Assembly (NCBI GenBank): GCA_030264375.1
Contig: JASCQW010000027.1
Span: 117,308,256-117,372,255 of the forward strand
Reading direction: 5' to 3'
DNA length: 64,000 nucleotides
Source of the DNA: Carcharhinus longimanus
Lineage: Eukaryota
In this document: one piece after another, positions 1 through 11,872 of the stretch
Layout of the letters: each line of letters starts with the position of its first letter
Numbering within the stretch: position 1 is the first letter of the stretch
Position numbers and translations under genes: made by a program
The notes under the pieces: generated by a model
Seen by the model: the letters and a program-made list of their open reading frames with translations, nothing else
Told to the model about the DNA's origin: nothing
Database searches by the model: none

Positions 1-26
1 GTCCAACGCCGGCACATCAACCTCAT
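1..26 (+). mobile_element. 3' terminus of a Penelope-like element, cut by the window edge
   Basis: gtccaacgccggca matches the terminus seen at 41837-41861 and, inverted, at about 36980-37004. Confidence 0.55.
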
Positions 27-353
27 GGTGAATTCAGCTCAGCCCAGTGCCTGCAGCAGCTAAAAACAAGCGAGATCATTTTTTCAGTAATTAGTTGCAT
101 AAGAGTAGGTGTGAAAACTCTCCCAAAAAAAATGGATCAGGGACTCTCCCATTTTCACACTAGTTGAACGCTTAGAATCAATCTTGTAAAATTCTGCCCA
201 ACATCTTTTTGGCAAGTCTCCTTAGTAAAAGAAAATATCTGGTTTGGTGTCAAATTCTTGCCTGATTAGTGTCCCGTGAAAGACATTTCATTAAAGGAGC
301 TGTGTAAATGTAGGTTGTTGTTGAGGTGCTGACATGTTGGTTGTCTCACGCAG

Positions 354-482
354 GCAGATCTACAGATCCAGTTGGGTGATAAAGGATATTTAGTGTTTGG
401 AGTGATCTTATTCATCTGGGAACTGCTGCCAACAACTTTAGTTGTCCTCTTCTTTCGCGTAAGGAGTCCAGTCCGAAGTCTG
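354..482 (+). CDS. GPR137B: GPR137B (TM7SF1) internal coding exon containing the last TM helix
   Basis: cag| acceptor and |gtaagt donor; 129 nt encoding [43 protein letters not shown], which matches the GPR137-family [10 protein letters not shown] motif. The B paralog is assigned from adjacency to ERO1B. Confidence 0.93.
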
Positions 483-910
483 GTAAGTGTGTTCAGTCTT
501 GGTCAAAGTTCTCAGCACCTCTTGAAGCATATTGGGTGTTATTTTAGATTGCAGAATTTCCAGGAACAGAGCGATATCTCAGATATTCAAGTATGGAAGG
601 TGTAGGAATTTTCAAACATTCATTCCGACATATCCAAGGAGGGTTCACATAGAGGAAATAACAAGGTCACAGAGTCACAGGAGAGTCATAGAGAGAATGA
701 CAATTGCACTTGTTATACAGAATAATTTGCATAACTTAAATTGTAGTACATTCAGCCTTCTCAGCAGTCATTGCTTGAACTCTTAGAACCATGCTTAGAA
801 ATGTGAAATAATAAATTCAACAAGGGCATTTAGTGTTTACCGGTACACATAGGTGAGTTTGAAATTGCTATGGTGGTTGTCACTGCTCATGATTACTTGT
901 GCTGTTGCAG

Positions 911-1035
911 ACAGGGACGGGAATGTCGTGCAGTCACGGGTTCACTTCCAGGGCCTTTTTCTTTGACAATCCTCGACGGTACGACAGTGATGATGACTTG
1001 GCCTGGAATGTCACCTGTCACAGTGCACTCAACAG
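911..1035 (+). CDS. GPR137B: GPR137B penultimate coding exon
   Basis: ttgcag| acceptor and |gtaatt donor; encodes [41 protein letters not shown], with the family hallmark [16 protein letters not shown]; phase is consistent with the previous exon. Confidence 0.93.
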
Positions 1036-1089
1036 GTAATTAGTAGAAACTCATTTCTGACTCCACTGCAGCTCAAGGAGAATCATGGA

Positions 1090-1497
1090 ATTTTTTTTCA
1101 TCCCTGGGACATGGGCATCACTGTCGAGGCCAGCATTTATTGCCCATCCCCGAGGGTATTTAAGAGACAATCACATTGCTGTGGATCTGCAGTCACATGT
1201 AGGCCAGACCAAGTAAGGAAGCAGATTTCCTTCTCCCTTAGGGCATTAGAGAACCAAATAGGGATTTAACAACAATCAACACTGGTTTTATGGTCATCAT
1301 CAGATGATCAGACACATGATAGGTGGAACAGCCAAGTGGAATTCACTTTCCTATACATGAGACTTTTATTCCCAGATTTCCATTGAATTCAAATATCATA
1401 TCTGCCATGATGGGATTTGAACCTGGGTCCTCAGGGTATTAACCTGTGTCTCTGGATTACTAGTCCAGTGACTATACCACTACACCACTGCCTCCTC
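1090..1497 (-). mobile_element. tRNA-headed SINE sharing its 3' tail (GGGCAATAAATGCTGGCC) with the L2/CR1-like LINE family
   Basis: The minus strand has A-box (tggtgtagtgg) and B-box (ggttcaaatcc) motifs. The tail matches the LINE ends at about 21730 and 48840. A related copy is at about 53660-53960. Confidence 0.65.
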
Positions 1498-1550
1498 ATA
1501 CATTGTACAGCACAGGAGGCCATGTGACCTGTTCTGCCTTCATCAGGTCT

Positions 1551-1890
1551 TTGCTGAAGATGTCAAAACATTTAATCTTGCACTCATCAGAACATTGACA
1601 AGAACTCCAAAGATAAAGGGAACAATTTATACTTTGAGAAAATTGATGAGTTTATTTATTAGTGTCACAAGTAGGCTTACATGAACACTTACAGTAACCC
1701 AAGCCAGGAATTGAACCACTGTGCCATTGTGCATTCTCCATGGCAACACCTCTACCAGAATCCACTTGACAACCATTCAGTACTCACTTCTTATGAAGTA
1801 TAAATTGTTATTCCCTATACATTTAATATTCCTGCAAATGTCCTGTTAAGTGCAGGACAAAAAGCTTCAACATCTTTTTTTCCTCAGCAA
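1551..1890. mobile_element. Palindromic non-autonomous element with inverted arms of about 90-100 bp, interrupted by a SINE remnant
   Basis: 1551-1640 is the degenerate reverse complement of 1787-1890; a SINE tail lies at about 1650-1725. Confidence 0.6.
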
Positions 1891-2175
1891 TATCTCCAGC
1901 TGCACTTCAACTATACCCAGTGTCTCCTTTTCAAATACATATCAGTTAGGCTTATCGCTGGGGGGAAAAGCAAGAGTGGTCAAATGCGAGTTGTTCTTGC
2001 AGAGAGCTGACATGAACACAATGACTGAATGGCCTTTTATGTAATTCTACTCACTTGGAAGTAGTGATTGAATCTGCTACCATCTCCTTTCAAGCAACTC
2101 ATATCAAATCACAACACACATTATAAAAAATCTCTGGTTCTTTTGCCAATTATCTTAAATCTTCACCTTGAGTCA

Positions 2176-2895
2176 CCAATTGATTTATTATTGTCACATG
2201 TATTAACAGTGAAAAGTATTGTTTCTTGCGCACTATACAAAACATACTATTCATAAAGGAGAGAGTGCAGAATATAGTGTTACAGTCATAGCTAGGGTAG
2301 AGAAAAATCAACTTAATGCAAGGTAAATCCATTTGAAAGTCTGGCAGCAGTAGGGGAGAGTCAGTTGGTACATGACCTCAGACTTTCGTATCTTTTTCCC
2401 GACAGCTGAAGGTGGAAGAGAAAATGTCCGGGGTGCATGAGGTCGTTAATTATGCTGNNNNNNNNNNNNNNNNNNNNNNNNNNNNNNNNNNNNNNNNNNN
2501 NNNNATGGTTTGCACGATGGATTGAGCTACATTCACAACCTTGTCTAGTTCTTGTACTCTGGTCTCGTCATTGTTCGAGATCCAAACACTACTGTGGTGT
2601 CATCAGCAAACTTTAAAATTGAATTGGAGGAGAATTTGGCCACATAGTCATAGGTGTATAAGGAGTATAGTAGGGGGCTGAGAACACAGCCTTGTGGGGC
2701 ATCGGTGTTGAGGATGATTGTGGAGGTGTTGTTGCCTATCCTTACTGATTGCGATCTGTGAGTTAGGAAGTTCAGGATCCAGTCGAAGAAGGAGATAGCC
2801 AGGCCAAGGCCACGGAGTTTGGAGATGAGTTTTAGGGGAATAATGGTGTTGAAGGCTAAGCTGTAGTCAATAAATAGGAGTTTGACATAGATAAA
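2176..2895 (-). mobile_element. Rex1/Babar LINE fragment with an internal deletion
   Basis: Homologous to the 3' tail and RT region of the copy at 60330-62566; FADDTTV-like coding at about 2590-2612. Confidence 0.75.
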
Positions 2896-3282
2896 AAGAC
2901 ACCTGATCTGCAGGCAAAAATGGTTTCTTCTTATTTACTCGTCAAAATCTTCCATAGCTTGAACAACTCAAATTACCTCAACCTTTTCTGATCTAAGGAA
3001 AACTGGAGTTTCACTAGTATCTCCACTTACCTGAAATCCCTCATCCATAGTACCATAAGTGCCCAGAATTTGAAACTCCAGTTGATTTTCTGTTATTTCT
3101 CACCAATCTTTCCCTATTCAATCTCTCCCAAAGATATTGATTCCTTATAGGTTGAGTGTATATTTCACAAATGCCCAGCTATGTCTTATTCAGAAAAAGG
3201 ACATATCTAATCCAGCTAATTACCACCCCAGTGTACACTCAATCATCAACAAATTGATGAAAGGTGTTGACAATAGCAATCT

Positions 3283-3597
3283 GACAACACCAGGTTAAAG
3301 TCAATGTGTTTATTTGGTAGCACAAGCTTTCAGAGTGTTGCTCCTTCTTCAGGTGAGTGAAGAGTTGTGATCACAAACAGGGCATGCATAGACACACTCA
3401 ATTTACAAGATAAGTCTTTACAGGTAATCAAGTCTTTACAGATGCAGTTGGAGAGAGGGTTAAGCACAGGTTAAAAGAGATGTGTATTGTCTCCAGCCAG
3501 GACAGTAAGATTTTGCAAGCCCAGGCAAGTTGTGGGGGTTACATGAACCCAAGATCTGGTTGAGGCAGTCCTCATGTGTGCAGAACTTGGCTATCAT
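3283..3597 (-). mobile_element. Penelope-like element 3' end with a hammerhead core
   Basis: ORF C-terminus IAKFCTHEDCLN, then the terminal repeat with CUGAAGA..GAAAGCUU and AATAAA. Confidence 0.75.
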
Positions 3598-4250
3598 AAG
3601 GCTAGAAGTGACAATATTCACTGATGATTTCACATTGTTTGGTAGCATCCACAATCCTTCAGGTACTGAAGGATTCGGCTTTCATATGTGGCAAGACCTG
3701 GACCAAGGCTGGCAAGTAACATTTGTGCCAATAAATGCGAGGCAATGACCATCTCCAACAATAATCTAATAAGCTCCTGTGACATTCAATGGTATTATTA
3801 TTGCTGAATTTCCCCATCATCAATTGAGAGCAGTCACTGTTGACCAGAAACAAAATTGGACCCGTCCTATAAATACTGCAGCTACAAGAGCAGGTCACAG
3901 ACTGATAACTCTGTGTCTTAACTCACCTCCTGATTCCATAAATTCTGTCCAGGACTGTGATGGAATACTCTCCATTTGCTTGGATGGGTGCAACACCAAT
4001 AATACCTAGGAAGCTTGTCTAATTCAGGATAAAGCAACCTCACCCATCACCTGCAATATTTACTCTCTCCACCACTGGTGCACAGTAGCAGCAATGTGTT
4101 CTATCTACAATGCACTTCAGCAACTCCTCAGGGCTCATTCAACAGCAATTCCCAAACCTGTGACCTCTACCACGACCTTCAAGATCTCTTGCAGGTCTCA
4201 TACATTCATAGTTTGGAACTTAATCATCATTCCTTCACTGCCACTGATTC
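3598..4250 (+). mobile_element. Decayed L2/CR1-like LINE; further copies at about 21020-21790 (+), 41620-42340 (+), 43300-46020 (-) and 48250-48890 (+)
   Basis: An RT remnant (IFTDDFTLF, WQVTF) and blocks such as ggcaatgaccatctccaacaa are shared among the copies. Confidence 0.7.
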
Positions 4251-4566
4251 ATCTATTCTTTCAGCCAATGTCAACATATGCATATTCTAGCATCACAATT
4301 TCATTTTGAGCAGGGATGTGGGAAGAAATCCCTGCAGAGATTGGTAACGAGAATGCTAGCAGAATATCCCAAATGGATCATGTGATGGCTATTGCGTAGT
4401 TGAGATCAGATTTACAACAAAAACCATATATTAAATTTGTGGCTTTCCCAGTCTGCATACTGCAGTTTCTTGAGCCATAGCTGACCTTACGAATTGTCAT
4501 TTCACAAGAGTCTGGCACGAGGCACATAATCACAGCCCCTGAATTCATTGTGATCTTTCTTTGTAG

Positions 4567-4714
4567 CTCGTCAAGTGTATCCCAAATTACCAGCTACTGT
4601 GGAACCAAGCACCAAAGCTACAATTACGAGGAATTTGCTTCATTCGCTTCAGATGCCCAGGTGTCGATACATGCAGAGATCCACCCACAAAACTCTCCAT
4701 CAGTCATGATCTGA
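4567..4714 (+). CDS. GPR137B: Probable GPR137B terminal coding exon
   Basis: Strong acceptor tctttctttgtag|; the phase-2 frame stays open to TGA at 4712-4714 (SSSVSQITSYCGTKHQSYNYEEFASF...PSVMI*). It is followed by AT-rich UTR-like sequence with AATAAA. Similarity to the mammalian tail is low. Confidence 0.6.
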
Positions 4715-4970
4715 AAGGGGTCATCTTTCAATAAGCTAATTACCATTAATTATTTCAGGAACAAATACAGTAAAAAAGCTAACTAGTGTACACTCGAAAG
4801 GTTTGTACTGAATATTGTTTTACTGACAATACTAACTTTGAAAATTTTTTAAAAACTTTTTCATTTATCTGACATTAATATAAATGTGTGTAAAGATGTG
4901 ATGAGAATTATTTCAGTTTATGTAAATATTGTATAGTTACCACTTCAGAGTCTATGATGCAATGAATCAC

Positions 4971-4976
4971 AATAAA
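4971..4976 (+). promoter_or_regulatory. Candidate GPR137B polyadenylation signal (a second AATAAA at 5106-5111)
   Basis: AATAAA about 260 nt after the predicted stop codon. Confidence 0.4.
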
Positions 4977-5389
4977 TTATAGCCAATTTTACCAGCATCT
5001 TTCTGGTCTCTGAATACTATTTATTTTCTATTGGAGAGAACACTATCCTCACTATCCTGTCTCTGTGCCTGTTACATTTTGTTTATGGTTGGGCACCAAG
5101 CCAGAAATAAATTCCATTTAAAAAAACAAGCCCATTTGGGTACCCTAGAAGTTATGGTACTGAATGAGTGACCCAGAGATTGAGATTAAAATACCACTGT
5201 AATGTCTTAACCAGAACCAGGAGAACCTTGAAAGTTGTTGGATTGCAAAAGCAATGTCCTTCATTAAGAACATAAATTGGTATGACATCCCAAAGCGTTT
5301 TACAGTCAGTCAGTTTGCAAATAGCAAAAGACCTCAAACAGAAAAGTAGTAATAATTAGATTTTTAAAAAAAGATAGCACGAATGAGAG

Positions 5390-5620
5390 AAAAGCATTGC
5401 TGGGAACAACGGAGGAGCTTTCCTGCTTTCAATTCAGCCAAGGTATCTTTTATAACTTCCAGAGGATGGATAGGGTTTTGAATTAACATCTCATGTTAAA
5501 ACCTGCAGCTCCAAAAGTGCAGCACTGCTTCCCTGGTACTGCAGCAGAGTGTCAACATAGGTTTTCTGCTGAAATCCTTCAGCGGAACCCACAACTCTAA
5601 GACACTGAGACCAGATTATT
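5390..5620 (-). mobile_element. Old SINE, DeuSINE/SacSINE-like; similar copies at about 19750-19915, 36320-36740, 50520-50920 and 63330-63640
   Basis: Shared core (cagtactg..gagtgctgca..gatgttaaa) across the copies; the family name is tentative. Confidence 0.45.
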
Positions 5621-7163
5621 ACATTGACAGTGTAGTAAAAAAGTCTGAGTTGCTGGATTCTAGTCTATTGAGCAGTTGGCATGCCTGAAACATGTACTTG
5701 GGGAATATGGTTGGCTCACTAAAGGGCTATGGTTATTCCAGAGTCCATCGCCACAGTTCAAAAGATTGTGGAATTTCAATTTTCATAAGTGCCAGTGATA
5801 CTGTATGTCAAATGTTCAAAGTACTCCTATCTTTCTGGACCCAGTAAACAATTCGTGTTCTGAAATTAATATTCCTTTATATTCTTAAGTTCACGTCCCT
5901 TAGCTTCTGCCTTGCCATTAAAATCTTCTAGGAATTTCATTTCTAGTGCCTTCAGAAACATTGACCTGATCATTTCTCAATCAACCTGTTAGTTTATCCT
6001 AGCAGTTGACATATAGGTGGACGAAAATTATCTTTAATTTTTTTTTTAAACTGTTATCAAGAGATAATTTCTGAACACAAAATTGACAGGCATGAAAAGA
6101 TCAGCTAGTTCAAACTGGCCCTACATGATTAAACACTTACCTGTCCTGGACCAAAAAGAAAAAATATTTGGCAGAAGTCCTTTGATTGCCTAGAAGTTAT
6201 GGTGCTGGATGAATGATCCAGAGATTAAGATTAAAATATCATTGTAAATGTGTTGATCAGCACCAGAAGAACCTTGAAAGTGGTTGGATTGCAAAAGCCC
6301 AGTGTCCTTCAGAAAGGACAAATTGGTACGACATTCCAAAGTGTTTTAAAGTCAGTGTGGTATGACATCCCAATGTGTGGATTGTGTGCAGTTATGGTCT
6401 ACTTTTCTAAGTAAGGATATTCTTGCTCTCAAGGGAGTGCAGTGAAGGTTACCAGGCTGATTCCTGGGAGGGCTTAAAGATTATGGAAAAAAACAGGATT
6501 AGACTTTCGAGTTGGATGATCAGCCATGATCATAATAAATGGCCTCCTTCTGCTTCTATCTTCTATGTTTTATGCCTCAGGCAATGTGAACCTGCTCAAG
6601 AGATCACACCATCCAAGTTTTATCTACAAAGGTTCTGGCTATCTGGTGCAATTGCTACCCGAGTCAAGAACTGGCCCAGCTCCCTCTTCTACACATTTCA
6701 GCTGATCTAACCAATTAAACAGCAATAAATGCCCAAGATGTAATTGAAGCAACATATATACTTTACAAAAGACTGTCAGAACTTTAGAGAGTATGTTTCA
6801 GTAAAAGCACAGATGAGACTTATGGCACAACACTTTCATTCACACAGTTGTCAGCTTCTTTCTCCTTATTCAAGGATGCTTAGTACAAGGAGAATCCTTC
6901 TTTGACCAGTTAATTTATTTGGTGAACTGGCATTTTGACTTAATCTGTAGATGTTGAAAGGAAATTAGCCCAATTGGCTGCAGCAACTTTCCCAGCACCA
7001 ATAATAACAATGACACGGGAAGAGCGACATTGTTAGCTTGGTTGCATTTATCTTTTTTTAAAAAAAAGTTATACAACTAAAATAGCTGATTGGTGTGCCA
7101 GAAATACAAGGTAGTTTCAGACTTGATTAACATACACATGCTCACACACAACCAATTTCCCAG

Positions 7164-7169
7164 TTTATT
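7164..7169 (-). promoter_or_regulatory. Candidate distal ERO1B polyadenylation signal
   Basis: AATAAA on the minus strand, followed by a GU-rich element (ggttgtgtgtgagcatgtgtatgt, about 7130-7153). This would imply a 3'UTR of about 4.2 kb. Confidence 0.45.
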
Positions 7170-9049
7170 ACTGCAAAGGAACAATAGTCACAGCTACATG
7201 AATGCACAAAGGTAATATTCATCTCTAAATGCATGATGAAATGTCATAACATCACTTGCAATATGGATCTTTCAACAGGCTGTTCTTAAAACAAGGTGTC
7301 AGTTTTCAAAATGGATAGCTAGGAAAAGTTATTTTTCTCTTTAAATAAATACATCTGACAAGTGCTGTAAACACAAGAGGTGCAATTCAATATTTTCAAA
7401 AATGTTGCTCTCTTTATGCTGAACAGACATACAGTACATCAAAACCAGAAAAAAATCAACTCGGCAAGGTTTGGAACAAAGGCGAATTGTGATCAAAGAT
7501 TTTTTTAAAAAAGCATTTTTACAATCAGTTTTGTCACATTGACCAAGCAAGCACTCCTGTTGCTTAAGGCAGGATACAGATGCACCAAAATATTAGTGAT
7601 CATGCAAATGAAAGTTAGGAAAGTGTTATAGTAACAGTGCAGTATCTGCAGCTAAAGATGATAGATTTTTGTATTTACTTTCAGAGTTGTAGTTGAAATA
7701 ATACTTACACAAAAGGAAACAAATGCTTGGTTCACAGAACATGGGTTATTCCAGTCAACATTTACAAGTGTGCATTCAAAACAAATTACTGATTAACGAT
7801 TTTAAGAACTTAGAGCAAGTGTGTGTCATTTTGTTACTTGGATTTCTGCTCTTCTCTGGCAAGGAAGGAATTGCAAATAGATAAAATTGCACACTGTAGA
7901 AACAACAATGGTTCTTCATTGCTACTTTCTGCTGAAACTGAGTGATGCAAAAAGACTACGCAGGAAAAAAAAGTGGCTCAGTATCTGGTTTCTTCCCTGA
8001 AATCATAGCTTATTAGGCAAATTAAAAAACAGACTTGATTGCCTCTGCTCATTTAACTTAACATGTTGAAACAGTGTACATAGAGATAAATTGTTTAAAT
8101 GCTTGTCAGTACAATGCCAATTTGTTAGGCCCACATGACTTCAGCAACTTGTTTTGTTGTACTCATATACTTTTCATATTTAAAACCATAGCTAACTATT
8201 ATTTAGATTAGTTCTGATCTATACTAAATGATCACAAGTAGAATGAAGAAAATTGTTATTTCCAGTTCTAGCTTGAACCCACATGCATTCTCTACTTCTA
8301 GAGCACCAAAAGCCAAAAGAGAAATTCCTGGTTTAAACAACTTGTTTTAAACAGATAGTGTGTTAAAATAAATGATATATTACAACAAAGATAAAATATT
8401 CATTATAAAAAAGCAATTAAGGTTGCTTAAGAATATAAAGGAGCATTAATTTGCTACTGGACAAATATTGGAATTCAATTGAAAACTGGATTTTTTCTTT
8501 GGTCTTTCTTGCTGTCAAAATTATGTTTTTAAAAAAACTGCACCCCAATGCATCATTCTCTGATAGAGGTTTTCCGGCCAGTCAACATGCCTACGCATTC
8601 CCTTAACACAGGTGTTTCCACTTGTGAAGGAGGTTAAAACTACAGGGCATAAATAAAAAAGACAGTTGCTAATAAATCCAATAAGGAATTTGAGCAAATT
8701 CTTTATCCAAAAAGTGGGACTTGCTATCACATGGACTAGTTGAGGTGAATACCATAAACACATTTAAGGAGGTAGGTAGATGAATACCCAAGGGAGAAAG
8801 GAATAGAAGGTTAGGAACATTTGAGCCTACTCTACCATTAAATAAGATCATGTCTGAATTTGTACATCACTCCCATCTTTCATCTCACGTAATCAGTATA
8901 ACCTTCTATCCCTTTCTTCCTAAGATAGTTAGCTAGCATTCCCTTAAGTGTATTTATGCTATCACCTCAATTACTGTGTAGAAGATTTCCCAATCGCACC
9001 ATTCTCTGGATCAAGATGTTTCTTAGTGACCACCCTCTCTCCCACCAAA

Positions 9050-9298
9050 ATGAATAGAGGTGGAAAGACTCTTCCCGCTCAAAAAAGACAGTAGGACTAG
9101 GGGGCACAGCCTCAAGATAAAAGGGGGGNNNNNNNNNNNNNNNNNNNNNNNNNNNNNNNNNNNNNNNNNNNNNNNNNNNNNNNNNNNNNNNNNNNNNNNN
9201 NNNNNNNNNNNNNNNNNNNNNNNNNNNNTTATTGAATGGCGGGGCAGGCTCGAAGGGCTAGATGGCCTACTCCTGCTCCTATTTCTTATGTTCTTATG
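9050..9298 (+). mobile_element. Young CR1 LINE 3' end spanning a 100-N gap
   Basis: Encodes ERLFPL..SRTRGHSLKIKG, the CR1 ORF2 C-terminus; ends in a (TTCTTATG)n tail. Confidence 0.85.
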
Positions 9299-11344
9299 AT
9301 AACAGGTAATGTTATTTGCACTAATGCAGCTGCTATAAGCAGTTATTGGGTTAGATGAAGGAAAGGAAAATGGAGACCCACGTGTAGCATGAAAACCAGC
9401 ATGGACCAGATGGTTAATTTCTATTTACACACTCCATGGAACTCTCAGTGTAGTATACATCAAATTCGCTCTCCCAGTGGGTGCACTGACTAACTTAACT
9501 TAACACCTTCTCCAACCAAGAACCCAACTGGATTTAAGAATGCTTCATCCAACTAACTGACACACAAGGTGTAAATTTAGAAGTACAAGCTTGCAGGCAG
9601 CAAGATCTAATGACTTAAATCTGCAAACCTTTAGCAAAGGTGCAGATATGCAAACAGTAATTTACTAATGGCAGAATCTTTTCTGAACTTTTATATTTTA
9701 ATATTTTGAGCATCTATGTGAACCAGGCAGAAATTTCACACCAACTATGTAGGGGCTGAACAAGTATCAGCAACAACCAAGAGATTAAGACACAAACAAA
9801 GGCAGAAAATACAGTTTACATAACAAAATATAGTCACTATTATTTGTGCTATATACATATATAATATATAACGATATCCTTGTTGCAGATGTTCCAACAA
9901 TAACTTGCTTTAAGTCCACAAGTAGATTTTAAAGAGTCACATTGCTTTGATCTGCGCTTCCAAAAGGTTGCTCTCCATCAAGTACGTCAGCAGGTTAGGC
10001 AGCTATATTTGGTCATTTCAGAGAGACCTGCTTAATACAGGATACTAAAATCTAAAATAAAAGCAGTCATTGGGAAAAAGCTACATCATGGTGCTGACAT
10101 CTATTTTATGTGGAAAGCAAATTTTAAACAAATATTATTGCTTTTTGATTTTGAAAACCATTGTCATCTAAACTACTTCTTCTTGGTTTCTCTTCCTGAA
10201 GAGAAGTCCAACCCACAGCACCACATTCTCTACCACAGACAGGGCAAGGAGACAGAATCCACCCCAGCTAGAAGAGGGACTGAACCTTGTGCTGTTGGCA
10301 CCAATCTGATCCACATCAGCTGTCCTGTTCCCCCCCCAACCCCCAAACCAGAAGTCCAAGTGCTGTGGCAGCACACACTCTTACTGCAGGCATGTTGCAG
10401 CCTGGAGCTATGGATAGTGATGGAGACCCCAATTTCCTTCCATCACATGGTTAACATTTAGAAATACAGGGTTACCAAATTGTGAAAAAGAGAATCCTTG
10501 CATTTGGTCAAATCTATAGATCGTTATGACGATCACAATATACTTTTTAAAAAAAAAGTTGTCTTAAAATCCTCCATTACTTTAGATTACCAACATTTAG
10601 AAACTGCTTCCATTTCTCCACAGGATTTGATTAAACACTTAACATTGCTAAAAAGCCCACTTAGCTCATTAAACAACAGTTGAAATTAACATTTTTCCAA
10701 CTGTTGCTTTTTTTAATTACAAAAAGTAAAAGTACAAATGACACAATCTGACAGTAATGTACCCCAGAGTGACAGGAATTATTTTAAGGGAGCCTGATCA
10801 TTTTACAGTTCATTTGAACTTTATGCCAATGATCAAAGATTTAGGAAGAACTGCCCAAAAACAATACTGACACATGTTAGGTTCCAGAAACTCCTCTCAA
10901 ATCATTGGGGATTAAAAATAACTTAATTTGCATTTTAAAAGTTTAGTGCAGACAAATCTAAAACTGTTCAGATTTATAACTTTCTTAAATGGATAAGGCT
11001 TGGCAGTTTTTGAAATCAAAGAAATCCAAATATGTGGTCAGTTAAAAACTTACAGACCATGAACACTGTAGGTTTGGGAATAATTAAGAACCTTCAGAAC
11101 ATTTAATTCTATTAGGCTCACAAGGAAATGCTATTAAATGAAATGAAGTGGTTGTTCACTGTTACTAAACCAAGTTCATCTCTACCTTTCATTCACTCAA
11201 ATGTAGTTCAAGGTCAACGCAATACTGTAAAATGTGCAACAGCTACTGGATCCCTGAAGAGTCTGAAGTTTTGTTGAGTGCCAGAGGCTGGGACAATGTT
11301 ACAAAGTCTTGACCCAGCACCCATCTTTGTTTCCACAGCATTTG

Positions 11345-11405
11345 TTACCTCTTGCCCTTCAACAGCATTTTGAAATTCTGTAACTCTTGTATACTTGTTG
11401 AAAGT
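11345..11405 (-). CDS. ERO1B: ERO1B exon 16 (last coding exon)
   Basis: ttctttcag| acceptor; encodes (R)LSTSIQELQNFKMLLKGKR followed by TAA. Confidence 0.93.
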
Positions 11406-11617
11406 CTGAAAGAACAAAGCAGCAAGGTTATACAACAGCCTCACGACTATAGGAGTCAGCTTTTTTTAAAATAGCTATAGTGCATAAGCCCAAAGGCTAC
11501 AGACTGGAATGAAGAAAGGGAAGACAACTAGAACACTTCACTAGCCACAAGTTCCCCATTTCAGGGAGAAACCTATGCACATTATGGAACTGTGCTGCTT
11601 CCTTAAAGAGCATTTTA

Positions 11618-11872
11618 GGAGCAGCACGGTGGCACAGTGGTTAGCACTGCTGTCTCACAGCACAAGAGACCATGGTTTGACTCNNNNNNNNNNNTCACTG
11701 TCAGTACGGAACCTGCACTGGTTTCCCCCATGTGTTCTGGTCCAAAAAACGTGGTTAGGTGCACTGGCTGTGCGAAATTCTCCCTCAGGTGTACCCAAAG
11801 TGTGACGACTATGGGGTTTTCACAATAACTTCACTGCAGTGTTAACGCAAGCCTACTTGTGACACTAATAAA
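11618..11872 (+). mobile_element. V-SINE (HE1-like); other copies at about 18315-18570 (-), 24900-25210 (+), 30724-31105 (+), 33960-34128 (+), 37640-37895 (-), 40183-40512 (-), 45000-45245 (+) and 52695-52860 (-)
   Basis: tRNA-derived head (ggtggcacagtggttagcactgctg); sibling copies show the V-domain (gagtttgca..ttctcccc.tgtc..gtgggtttcctcc). Confidence 0.8.

Noticed and set aside
11618-11683. tRNA gene-like A/B boxes
   Set aside because: These are SINE heads with no complete cloverleaf.
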